DNA of 20,000 nucleotides from Chiloscyllium plagiosum. Its lineage: Eukaryota. Location of the stretch: contig NC_057711.1 in the NCBI RefSeq assembly GCF_004010195.1, positions 75,497,995 through 75,517,994 of the forward strand. The letters run 5' to 3'. Under the pieces are notes generated by a model. It did no database searches, was not told the DNA's origin, and saw only the letters and a program-made list of their open reading frames with translations. The translations under genes and the position numbers were made by a program. Shown one piece after another: positions 10,663-20,000 of the stretch (position 1 is the stretch's first letter; the number at the start of each line of letters is the position of its first letter).

Positions 10663-11053
10663 GATGCAGAAGTAGGCCATTCAGCCCTTCGAGCCTGCAC
10701 CGCCATTCAATATAATCATGGCTGATCATTCCTAATCAGTATCCTCTTCCTGCCTTATCTCCATAACCCTTGATTCCACTATCTTTGAGAGCTCTATCCA
10801 ACTCTTTTTTAAATGAAGCCAGAGACTGGGCCTCCACTGCCCTCTGGGGCAGAGCATTCCACACAGCCACCACTCTCTGGGTGAAGAAGTTTCTCCTCAT
10901 CTCTGTCCTAAATGGTCTACCCCGTATTTTTAAGCTGTGTCCTTTGGTTCGGCACTCACCCATCAGCGGAAACATGTTTCCTGCTGCCAGAGTGTCCAAT
11001 CCTTTCATAATGTTATATGTCTCAATCAGATCCCCTCTCAGTCTTCTAAACTC
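10635..11053 (-). mobile_element. Young CR1-clade LINE 3' end
   Basis: Uninterrupted frame EFRRLRGDLIETYNIMKGLD...TKGHSLKIRGRPFRTEMRRNFFTQRVVAVWNALPQRAVEA...FKKELD...GIKGYG, plus a 3' UTR and a perfect tandem tail. Confidence 0.95.
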
Positions 11054-11130
11054 AGCCACTTACGCCTATCATCAATAAACATCAGAACAAAACATTTGGG
11101 GGGTGTTAACTGATTTTGTAATCAAATCTG

Positions 11131-11420
11131 TTTTTATTCATTGGATATGGGCATCTCTGGCTCAGTCAATGGTCATTTCCCATCCCTAATTGCCCAGAGG
11201 GCAGTTAAGAGTCAACCACATTACTTAGGTCGGGAGTCACATGAGTTCTTAAAAATACCAGATGGGTATTTCCAACAATCGACAGTAGTTTCATGGTCAT
11301 CATTAGACACATAATTCTAGATTCTTTATTGAATTCCACCATTTGCCTTGGCAGGATTTGAAACTATGTCCCCACAACATTAGTTAATAATCTAGCAATA
11401 ATACTACAAAGCCATTACCT
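11131..11420 (-). mobile_element. Shark tRNA-derived SINE (second family), near full length, degenerate
   Basis: cccatccctaattgccc...gggcagttaagagtcaaccacatt...ggcaggatttgaa (B box on minus strand). Related to 14220-14465 and 6045-6170. Confidence 0.75.
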
Positions 11421-11859
11421 TCATCTTGCAGGAATGATTCCTTTGAAGTAACATCTACATATAAGACTAGTGTGGTCTACAACCAATAGGGAAAAGTGCT
11501 AGACAGAGAGGGAGCACTTTTACTGACATAGTCTAATTAAAGCCAGATAAGAGAAAAATTTCTATTTGTAAATTTCAAAATAAGGTTCTTGGGAAGTTAA
11601 ATATTTTGTATCTCATATGCAGAAATGGCACCCAAATTTCTACTTGTGTAGGAATTCTATTTAGTGTTTTAAAATGCCTGTTTTGTACTTATATTGTTTT
11701 GCCTTCAATGACTTGTACACTTTGTTTACTTTTATCTGAGTCCACATCCTGGTGAAACAAATCACCGCAAGCATCAGTATTGAGCAAACTTACACAATCA
11801 AACAGAACAGAATATGTAGCTTAAATGGCTAAATGCTTATTCTGCTCATAAAAGAAATA

Positions 11860-12070
11860 AAAAAGGGCATAGATTTGAAATTATGTGCAACAGAGCATTT
11901 CTCACAGCGAGTTGTTAGGATTCAAGAAGGCATTAGATGATAAATTGGATAGAAATGGTGGGTAGGGAAATGGGGAAAAGGCAGGTGATTGGCATTAAGT
12001 AATACATGTGATGGAGGGATTATGAGCCAAATGGCCGCCTCCTGTGCTGTAATAATTGTCATTGTGTGAA
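11860..12070 (+). mobile_element. Very degenerate CR1 LINE 3' end
   Basis: gggcatagatttgaa, ttctcacagcgagttgttagg, ggggaaaaggcagg and gagccaaatggcc.cctcctgtgctgtaa are colinear with 3125-3410. Confidence 0.7.
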
Positions 12071-14219
12071 ATTGTTTTAATGCTTTGGTGAATTAATAGT
12101 GGTTCTAAGAAATTGAACAATTTCTGAAATACAGTAATTTGGGGTAAAATGCTGTCTGTTCATTAAAGCCAACCAATACTTAAAATGTGTATTCCATGTG
12201 GATCATTTGGTTGGCATCTTTCCATTTATGAGAACTATCATCCTATAGCCACGAGGAAATAGGTTGAAACCAAACTCATTTCATAAACAGTCTTTACAAT
12301 CTGTAAATCCTAGAGAATATTTACTTGATCTGAGTCTGCATTGCAACACTGGAAACAGTGGTGAAAAAGTCAATTCTAACCTATTATACAATTCAATTCC
12401 TTTCCCATCTCTAGTTTAAAATTATTGCTTTCTTCCTCGTGAGTATTGCCTTAAATAATGGAAAAATAACATGCTTATATTAATTTTCTATGAACAGTTG
12501 TCTTTAAGAAAACTGCCTAATCACTGTCTCTCATTCCATAATTTGTCCTTTCAGAGAACTAGAGTAATATCAAGTGGTGATGCTATTGGAGCTGTGTACA
12601 CTAAACCTTTCCTCCATCACTCGCTTAGCATGTCAACCTACTACCTAAACAGACCATCAATAATAAGACCCTATTTTCATTACCTTTCATTTTTAAAGAG
12701 TTACAGTTTTAAAGTTTATAATTTAGGTCAGAATGTTCAGCAAGATGTCCTATTTTGGTCTAAATGTTTGGTGTACACTATCTTGATGTTTCCTCCTATG
12801 TACTTTTCAGAACGAAGTAATGATTTTTTTTTAGGTATTGAGGTAAAATACATTCACTGGTCAAAGTTTCAGACTGATCTTAACAACTAGATTTGAATAA
12901 ATGGCACTGATGCACTTCATCCCAGAATAGGCGGGATGAGGATGAGGAACAGCTGTTAGCAACAGGAGCTGCCTGTCCGCTTGCAAATAAGAATTTTGAT
13001 CTGGTTTCAGGGAGGGAAGGGGGCCAGCAGTGGATGCCCCAACTCCAGAGTAAATAACTTGCTAGGTTTCTCCCAAATATGTATTGTTAAAATCAACCCG
13101 ATGTTTGCTCATAAAGGCTTTCTGTCGAATGAAATTGAATTGAAAAGAAATGAATCAGTGGCAATTCATAATAGTATATCCCTTCACAGTATTTCTGAAA
13201 GCTGTGGTAGTGAGCACTGAATCAATCTTGACTAGAATAAGGCAAAATTATCAACACTAAATCTGCTACTGTGCAGGTACCTGAGATCTGTTCCAACATG
13301 TGCGACAGCAACCCATATACAATGCCGCCTCTGTGGAAGAACTGCTATGTGAAACAGGTCATGTTTTATAAAGAGTGCTGCTTCGACATTGCTAGTTAAC
13401 CAGTCATTAGCAAGCAATATTGGAAGGCTCAAACAAAACAGTTTCTGCAACATCTCTAACAGCCCTTGTTATGTGATTGATAATATGATGGGTCAGAATT
13501 TAACATTGACTGTATCTCATCCACTGTATTCTGAGGGGTCACATCATTCTAAAGGTTAGATCAGTTTAAGATAACAGAATTTTAGAATTCATTTTATGGA
13601 ATGATCACTATATACTGAGAAATTATTGGCTGTGGTTTACTGAAACATTAGATTTCCCAGTAATTTGTTAATTCACTCTGTAAATTTGAATTTTCATCAA
13701 AATCCTTCACATTGGGGAGCTGAGCAGGGAGGGCACTACCCATTATTATTGGCTGTGATATTGTTGGCAAATAAAGGTCCAGCAACAAAATAAACCCACT
13801 CGCAATAATACTGTACTCTACTAAAAATAAATGTTCTGGAAGGATTTAGAGGATGTTATATTATCTTCTTATTCAAATAATGATAAAAAGCCATTGAGGT
13901 TTTGTAGAGATTCTGATATGATATGACTGCAATATCATAACTCCCCTGTATCTATTTTGAAATCAGGTTTTGCCGTATTTAGATGTGCAAAATAAATAGG
14001 CTACTTTACTTTCTGATCTTCCTGCGATGTGGTTGTCATTTCTTTTAAATTCCCTTTTCATGTGATACATAGGGAGAATCTTGGAGGCAAGTGAAAAGGT
14101 GAAAAGTTTAAAATTACGAAGCTTGATTTTGGTTTTAATGGAAGCAAGTTAAGGTGACTTTGAGAAGGTAGATCAATTATTGAAAGTTTTAAGGAACCTA
14201 CATACCACAATTCTAACTG

Positions 14220-14465
14220 GGAGCGGTGGTGACATTGCCTGGATTTCTGCATCAATGAAATTACCAATGTTCTGAGGACATGGATACAAATTCCATCAAG
14301 AACCCATTTGGGTTTATGTCCTCTTAGGGAAGCAAACCTGCTGTCCTTACCTGGTCTGGTCTGCATGTGACCTCAGACCCACAGCAATGTGGTGGACAAT
14401 TAGGGGTGGGTAATAAGTGCTGACCCAACCAGTGATGCCCACATCTCATGAAGAAATGTAACAAA
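14220..14465 (+). mobile_element. Shark tRNA-derived SINE (second family), internally deleted
   Basis: cttacctggtctggtctgcatgtgacctcagacccacagcaatgtgg...caattaggggtgggtaataagtgctg...gcccacatctcatgaa. Confidence 0.75.
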
Positions 14466-15879
14466 ATATTATATATCTTATTATCATACAGAGGCTCAGA
14501 TCTCCAGGCCTTGAGAGTTGGAGAAAGGAGGCAAAACGATTGGATTCGTGAGGTCTTAATTGCCCTGCATATGGGTCAAGAGGAGCAGGAGTTCATTTCC
14601 CAGTGCCAGTAATCAGATGAAAGTTCACTGTGACTTTGGATTGTATTTTCTGAAGACTAGAGAAGGCAAGGTGACGCACAGGTTCAAAGAATTGCATAAG
14701 AGGCCATGCATCAGGTTGCTGACAATGGGGAAATAAGCTTCCAATTATACCAGTGATGGAAGACTAAGCAAACAGAAAACCCACCAGATATTGAGGGCTC
14801 TTTATTAGTATTCAAAGCCAATAGCATGCATAAATATATGCATAAATGTAATTCTTTTTAGCATTTAAAACAGCTTTTTCATGAACAAAATTGTAGTCTC
14901 CAGTACTTTTAAGAACCAACCTATTGAATGCTAGTGACCTATATGTAGCCTACATGACTCAATGCAAGAATGGACTTGTAGGAGAGTGAGCTATAAGGAG
15001 CTGCATAATGTTTGGAGATTTGTTTTTCTCTATTCACTTTGAGGGATGGAGTCTGAGGTAGGAAATGACTAAACTCAAAATCCTTTCAATAATTAAAGGG
15101 TCAGCATATAGCAGAAGGACAGTGGGGCCAATTATTATTTCTGGTATTAGCTTGGTATTTCTGTCATCTCTTCAACATTCAAGGGTGAAGATGGACAGAG
15201 CAAACAACTGGTATTGTGCAAACATCTTCAACTTGAAATATCTAGAAGATAGTCTTAGCCTCCTCCCAAAGTCTCCAGTGTTACAACTGTCAGTCTTCAG
15301 TCTATTCAATTCACTCCATGTGATATCAAGAAGTGTTTGGAGGTGCTAGATACTGCAAAGTCTATGCATCCTAATTCTTTCTGCTGGAGAACAAACTGTG
15401 ACCTTGTCAAGAGTCTCCAATACAGCTACAACACTGGCATCTACCCAACAGTGTGGAAAATTGCCCAGCTGTGTCTCGTCACAGGGTCAATGTATCAAAT
15501 TGCCACCTTGTCAGGTTATTATCAAAGCAATGGAAGGTGCTTCCTCAGCAATGACCTGCTCACTGACGCTCACTTTAGGTTCGAACAGGCCCACTCAGCT
15601 CTTAACCTCATAATAGACTTGTTCTGAACACAGAAGAAAAAGAGCTGAATCAGAGAGGGAAAGCGTGGGTGATTGTCCTTGACATCAAAGCAGCATTTGA
15701 CTAAATTTGGCACCAAGGAGCCCGAGAAAAACCAGAGCAATCAGGGGTAAAACTCTCCTATGGTTGGAGTCCTATCTGACACAGGAAGATAGTTCTGGTT
15801 GTTGGAGGTAAATCATCTGTCACAGGATATCTTTGCAAGAGTTCCTCAGGATAGTGTTATAGGACCAACAACCTATCAC

Positions 15880-16600
15880 GTAGAAACAAAGCAAATAGGA
15901 ATGGGCGAGGCCATAAGACTGTAAGACCATAAGGTATAAGTGCAGAATTAGGCCATTTGGCCCTTCAACCCTGCTTTGTCGTTCAATATGATCATGGCCC
16001 TTCATCCGACTCAGTACCGTGTTCCTGCTTTCATTTCATACCCTTTGATCCTTTAACCCTCAGAACTATGTCTTTTTTTGTAAATATTCAATGTTTTGTC
16101 CTCGTCTGCTTTCTGTGATAAAAAATACCACTGGCTCAGTACTGTCGGTGAAGAAATTTCTCCTCCTCTCAATCCTAAATTGCCTAGCCTGTAACCAGAT
16201 CAGATTAGATTAGATTAGATTACAGTGTGGAAACAGGCCCTTTGGCCCAACAAGTCCACACCGACCCGCCGAAGCGCAACCCACCCATACCCCTACCCCT
16301 ACATTTACCCCTTACCTAACACTATGGGCAATTTAGTATGGCCAACTCACCTGACCTGCACATCTTTGGACTGTGGGAGGAAACCGGAGCACCCAGAGGA
16401 AACCCACGCAGACACGGGGAGAACGTGCAAACTCCACACAGTCAGTCGCCTGAGGCGGGAATTGAACCTGGGTCTCTGGCGCTGTGAGGCAGCAGTGCTA
16501 ACCACTGGGCCACCGTGCCGCCCACTAACCATTGACTACAACCCCAGTTCCAGACTCCCCTGTCATCATGAACGTCCTTCCTGCATTTTCCCTGCCTAGT
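15880..16600 (-). mobile_element. CR1-clade LINE 3' end inserted in the older LINE and itself split by HE1
   Basis: ggccatttggcccttcaaccctgc...atgatcatggc and gtgaagaaatttctcctc are colinear with 10675-11000. The sequence resumes at ~16532. Confidence 0.85.
16198..16523 (-). mobile_element. Full-length young HE1 SINE
   Basis: Minus strand starts gggcggcacggtggcccagtggttagc (A box), then ggttcaattcc (B box), the V-SINE core and a (TAATC)n tail. Candidate TSD taacca at 16192-16197 and 16526-16531. Confidence 0.95.
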
Positions 16601-16789
16601 TCTGGCACAAATATCATGAGGCCAAAAATGTTTGCAAACAATTGAGCAATTTTCAGCACCACTCATGATGCAGCAGATGCTGAAACTGTCCTTGCACAAC
16701 TGCAGCCAGATCTGTATAACATTCAGGGTTGGATAAATAATGGTCACACCACACTTGCCAGGGTATGACCATGTGCAACAACAGAGATC

Positions 16790-17225
16790 TTCCAACACTT
16801 TGATCATAACCTGACCAGATGTTCGTTGGACATATTGAACTTGTGATGAGACATACCCAGGCAATTTTCCACATTGTTGGGTAGAGGCCAATGCTTTATC
16901 TGTATTGGAGCAGCTTGACCAGATCGCAATTCTGCAGCACAAGTCTTCATTGCTATTAACAAAATGTTCTTAGGACACATAGATCTTTACAGTATCAAGT
17001 ACCTTCAGCCATTTCTTGATATTCAAGAGGATTGAATTGAATTGACTGAAGGTTGGCAAATGTACTACTGGGGACCTCAGGAGATGACTGAGATGGATCA
17101 TTTAAATATTTCGGGTTGAAGATATTTGCACCATAGAAATTATTTACTCGGCATACCTTCACTCTTGAGTCCTAAAGAGGGTCAGCACTTTGCAAGAATA
17201 CAAAGCTTCACCACAATTAATGTGG
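16790..17225 (-). repeat. Inverted copy of ~15125-15540 (LINE fragment plus flank)
   Basis: ORF-track peptides LASTQQCGKLPSCVSSQ..QVIIKAME (+, 15398-15613) and LASTQQCGKLPGYVSSQ..QVMIKVLE (-, 16442-16942). Nucleotide blocks are colinear by eye. Confidence 0.85.
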
Positions 17226-17259
17226 GCATCCGAGTGGCAGCAACAAGATAGAGCAAAAT

Positions 17260-17730
17260 GACAGAAGCAGATACAGGCCTAAGGTGCACTTAGCAGTTCA
17301 CAAAACCATCATGGCATATCTCCAAACGTCAGAGAGACAAGGGCTAAAAGTGATGATGCCTTTCTAGGAATAACTGCCCTACAATACAAGAAGATCTAAA
17401 TCAACAAGCTTATGGTGGATATCCTATGCCATAAATGTTGAAGTTACTGCAGCTCTGAATTACTACATGACCAATTCCTTCCAGCATCCAATAATGTAAT
17501 AACATTCATCACATCTTCCAACCAGCCACTCACTGCTGCATCAAAGTGCTGGCAAAGACAGTACAGAAGGGATGGATAATTCATAACATTTCAGATGAAT
17601 GAGAACAGCTAGACATGAATTACAAAGAGAAAAGCAGCCATTGCCAGCTTTCCCTGTGTTCAAGCTGTAATAGACTGCATCTGTTGAGCCACTGACCCAG
17701 GTTATTAATGGAAAGAAATGTTTGCTCAAT
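17260..17730 (+). pseudogene. Decayed PIF/Harbinger transposase, N-terminal half
   Basis: MAYLQTSERQ, GGYPMP, VTAALNYYMTNSFQ, ATHCCIK, FITFQMNENS and AAIASFPCVQAVIDC (cf. AAIAGFP.VQG.IDCTH, first catalytic Asp). Stops and frameshifts present. Confidence 0.8.
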
Positions 17731-17919
17731 ATGCCGTTAATCTTTAGTCAGAAGAAACGAAGCTCGTAATGAGGACTTGTAATACAGCCATAGGTATGCA
17801 GTCATGGTGTAAGTCATTCAATACCTCAAAGCTCCTCCCCATTCTAGATATTGGTTAATTATCAACCTCAATGCCATATTCCCATATCTCTTGATATCAT
17901 TAGAACTTAAAAATCTATC

Positions 17920-17998
17920 ACAGAATCATACAGTACAGAAGAGGCCGCGTTGGTCCAGGGAGTCTGCACCAACTAAACCTACTCTATGTCCACACTAC
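17920..17998 (-). mobile_element. Short HER1-type LINE 3' tail nested in the older LINE
   Basis: cagaatcatacagtacagaagaggcc...gagtctgcacc. Confidence 0.55.
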
Positions 17999-18506
17999 AT
18001 TGCTGTCTTAGACTTATTTAATACCTGGACTTCCACAGCCCACTAGGGTAAATCATTCCAATCATTTATCACTCTGACATTCTGTCTCTTGGTTTTAGAT
18101 GCCACAGCTACTGAAAAATTCTTCCTGTATTACTCTGTCTATTCCTATAAGTTTGTTTTATGATAATGCCTCTCATTCCTTTACGCAGCAGAGAACATGG
18201 GGCCCAGTTTTCTCAATGTCTCCTTAGAGGATAGTCATACCATCTGATAGATCAGTCTGGTGAATTTATACTGCTGTCCCTCTTAGCAATTCTATCCTCC
18301 TTAAGGCAAATGGACCAGAGCTGCAAATAGTACTATGCACATTTGAAGCAAAATTTCTTTGCTCCTGTACTCAAATCCTCATGCAATAAAGGGCAAATCT
18401 ATCATCTAGCTTCCAAATTGGGCTCTGAACCTTTGTTAACTTTTTCAGTGACTTATGAACAAGGACAATTGGTTTTCTTTGGACATCTACACTTTCCAAT
18501 CTCTCT

Positions 18507-18590
18507 CAGAAAATGGTGGAGCAATTCAGCAGGTCTGGTACATCTGTAGGGAGAGAAATTGAGTTTTGAGTCCAATGTGAGTTCTGAAGC
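18507..18590. mobile_element. Fragment of a second Penelope-like terminus family
   Basis: aaatggtggagcaattcagcaggtctggtacatctgtagggagag resembles the cagcaggtcaggcagcatc core of the other PLE ends. Confidence 0.55.
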
Positions 18591-19109
18591 ACTCAAAAGC
18601 ATTCACTTTGTAAAGAAATATTCTTCACATGTTTTCTTCCTCAGAAGATCTATAATCTTGCACACATCCACATTATATTCAATTTGTCATGCTTCTCCCC
18701 AGAGACCCAGCCTTTCTAAATCCTCTTGAAGTCTTATTCTGAATTAGAAACATTACAATTGATCTCCAACTCCAAATCATTGATATAGATTGTGATCAGC
18801 TAGGACCCAAGCACAAATTCTTGCAGTACGGCAGTGGGCACAGCCTGCCAACCTAGGAATCATCCATTTTTTCCTTCTGTAAAAATCCAAATGCATCACC
18901 TCTATCGGGTCCCCACCACTCTGCCCCCACCCTGATCAATTCTACCAGTAACATTGTCAAGAAATTCTATCACATTTATCAAACATGATTTCCTCTTCAT
19001 AAAATTTATTTTGACTCTGATGAATCAGATTATTCTTTTTTGAAATATCCAGTAATCACAACCTTAATCATCAATCCTTGTATTTTCTCCACTATTAACA
19101 TCAAGCTAG

Positions 19110-19540
19110 CATTTGAGTACAAGAGCAAGGATGTCTTGCTGCAATTGTGTGGACGTTGGTGAGACCACCTGGAATATTGTGTGCAGTTTTGGACTCCTAA
19201 TCCAAACAAGGATGATAGGGCTAGGGAGAGAGGGTACCAAAGGTTTACCAGACTGATTTCTGGGATGGTAGGACTGACATGTGAAAAGAGATTGGGTAAG
19301 TTAGGACTATATTCAGTTTAAACGAATGGAGTTTAAATGAATGAGAGGAGATCTCATAGAAACCTTATAAATTCTTACTGATAAGTGCAGGATGGTTGTT
19401 CCTAAAGACTGAGGTGCCCAGAACAAGAGGTCACTTCACATTTAGGAGGGGTTGGCTATTCAGAGCTGAGATGAGAAATTTTTTCTTCCAGACGGTGGTG
19501 AAATTCTCTGCTACAGAAAGTTCAGGCCAAAACAATTAAG
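19110..19540 (+). mobile_element. CR1-clade LINE ORF2 C-terminal fragment
   Basis: FEYKSKDVLLQL, LEYCVQFWTP, RFTRLISGMVGLTCEKRL and MRGDLIET. Confidence 0.85.
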
Positions 19541-19705
19541 AGTGATCACTGGCCCTAGGGATTTGGCAACTTTCAGTCCCATTAACTTCTCAAATATTAT
19601 TCATTTAATAATAATTTATTTGAGTTCCACACTCTAAGCCCTCGGATCTTATGTCAGGGAGGCAGTGTGCCTTCCTCCAGGAAGGTAGACATAAAATATT
19701 TCTTC

Positions 19706-20000
19706 GAGGAGAAAGTGAGGGCTGCAGGTGCTGGAGATCAGAGCTGAAAATGTGTTGCTGGAAAAGCGCAGCAGGTCAGGCAGCACCCAAGGAGCAGGAG
19801 AATCAACCTTTCGGGCATAAGCCCTTCTTCAGGAATAAGGAAAGTGTGTCCAGCAGGCTAAGATAAAAGGTAGGGACTTGGGGGAGGGGCTTTGGAAATG
19901 CGATAGGTGGAGGGAGGTCAAGGTGAGGGTGATAGGCCGGAGTGGGGTGGGGGCGGAGAGGTCAGGAAGAAGATTGCAGGTTAGGAAGGCGGTGCTGAGT
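19706..20000 (-). mobile_element. Penelope-like element 3' region, running off the window edge
   Basis: The minus strand is a pyrimidine-rich UTR followed by a hammerhead-type core and the terminus gctgcgcttttccagcaacacattttcagctctgatctccagca. Family recognised from memory of shark PLEs. The RT and GIY-YIG domains would lie beyond the window. Confidence 0.8.
19795..19836 (-). ncRNA. Minimal hammerhead ribozyme-like motif (PLE type), variant
   Basis: Minus strand AUUC-CUGAAGA-A-GGGC UUAU GCCC-GAAA-GGUU-GAUU: CUGANGA and GAAA boxes flank a 4-bp stem II. Confidence 0.65.

Larger units (their letters stand above)
15205..16790 (+). mobile_element. Old L2/CR1-group LINE RT region in two pieces (~15205-15875 and ~16625-16790), split by nested insertions
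   Basis: LQYSYNTGIYPTVWKIAQ, VLDIKAAFD and RVPQDSVIGP (GVPQGSVLGP motif). After the insertions, MFANN (FADD motif) and LQPDLYNIQGW. Confidence 0.85.
17805..19705 (-). mobile_element. Old CR1-clade LINE (3' UTR through RT), fragmented by later insertions
   Basis: 3' UTR remnant at ~17805-17920, atcagtctggtgaa, and VLQEFVLG (degenerate GVPQGSVLGP) at ~18800-18830. Continues at 19545-19705 (gggatttggcaactttcagtcccattaa). Confidence 0.75.

Noticed and set aside
10770..11078. 102-aa + strand ORF
   Set aside because: Antisense frame of CR1 ORF2.
11492..11521. Hairpin aaaagtgct...agcactttt with a miR-17/miR-430-like seed
   Set aside because: A 9-bp stem is far too short for a pre-miRNA.
12471..12890. 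139-aa ORF
   Set aside because: AT-rich and F/L/S/Y-biased, with no recognisable domain or splice support.
16440..16523. tRNA gene
   Set aside because: This is the tRNA-derived head of the HE1 SINE and continues into the SINE body.
16225..16599. 124-aa ORF (CGRKPEHPEETHADTGRTCKLHT)
   Set aside because: Antisense translation of the HE1 SINE, a common spurious peptide in fish annotations.
1..20000. CRISPR array, operon or other prokaryotic or viral system
   Set aside because: No regularly spaced repeats or gene-dense segments seen. Content is vertebrate transposon-rich non-coding DNA.

Overview
Non-coding eukaryotic DNA from a cartilaginous fish, most likely an orectolobiform shark (bamboo, epaulette or zebra shark type). 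This is inferred from HE1-type SINEs, HER1/CR1 LINE tails and shark-type Penelope termini recognised from memory, not from a database search. No intact host gene is recognisable. The ORF-track peptides I can identify are transposon-derived, and the rest look spurious. The window is a layered transposon graveyard: many CR1/L2-group LINE fragments, HE1 and other tRNA-derived SINEs, an internally deleted Gypsy LTR element, three decayed PIF/Harbinger transposase relics (one possibly with its divergently oriented Myb/SANT partner gene), and Penelope-like termini carrying minimal hammerhead-ribozyme cores. The most unusual structures are an old local inverted duplication (~15125-15540 vs ~16790-17225, possibly longer) enclosing a nested insertion stack, and a ~89-bp-arm Penelope fold-back with a hammerhead relic in each arm. 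I found no convincing novel biological system. Boundaries are by-eye estimates.
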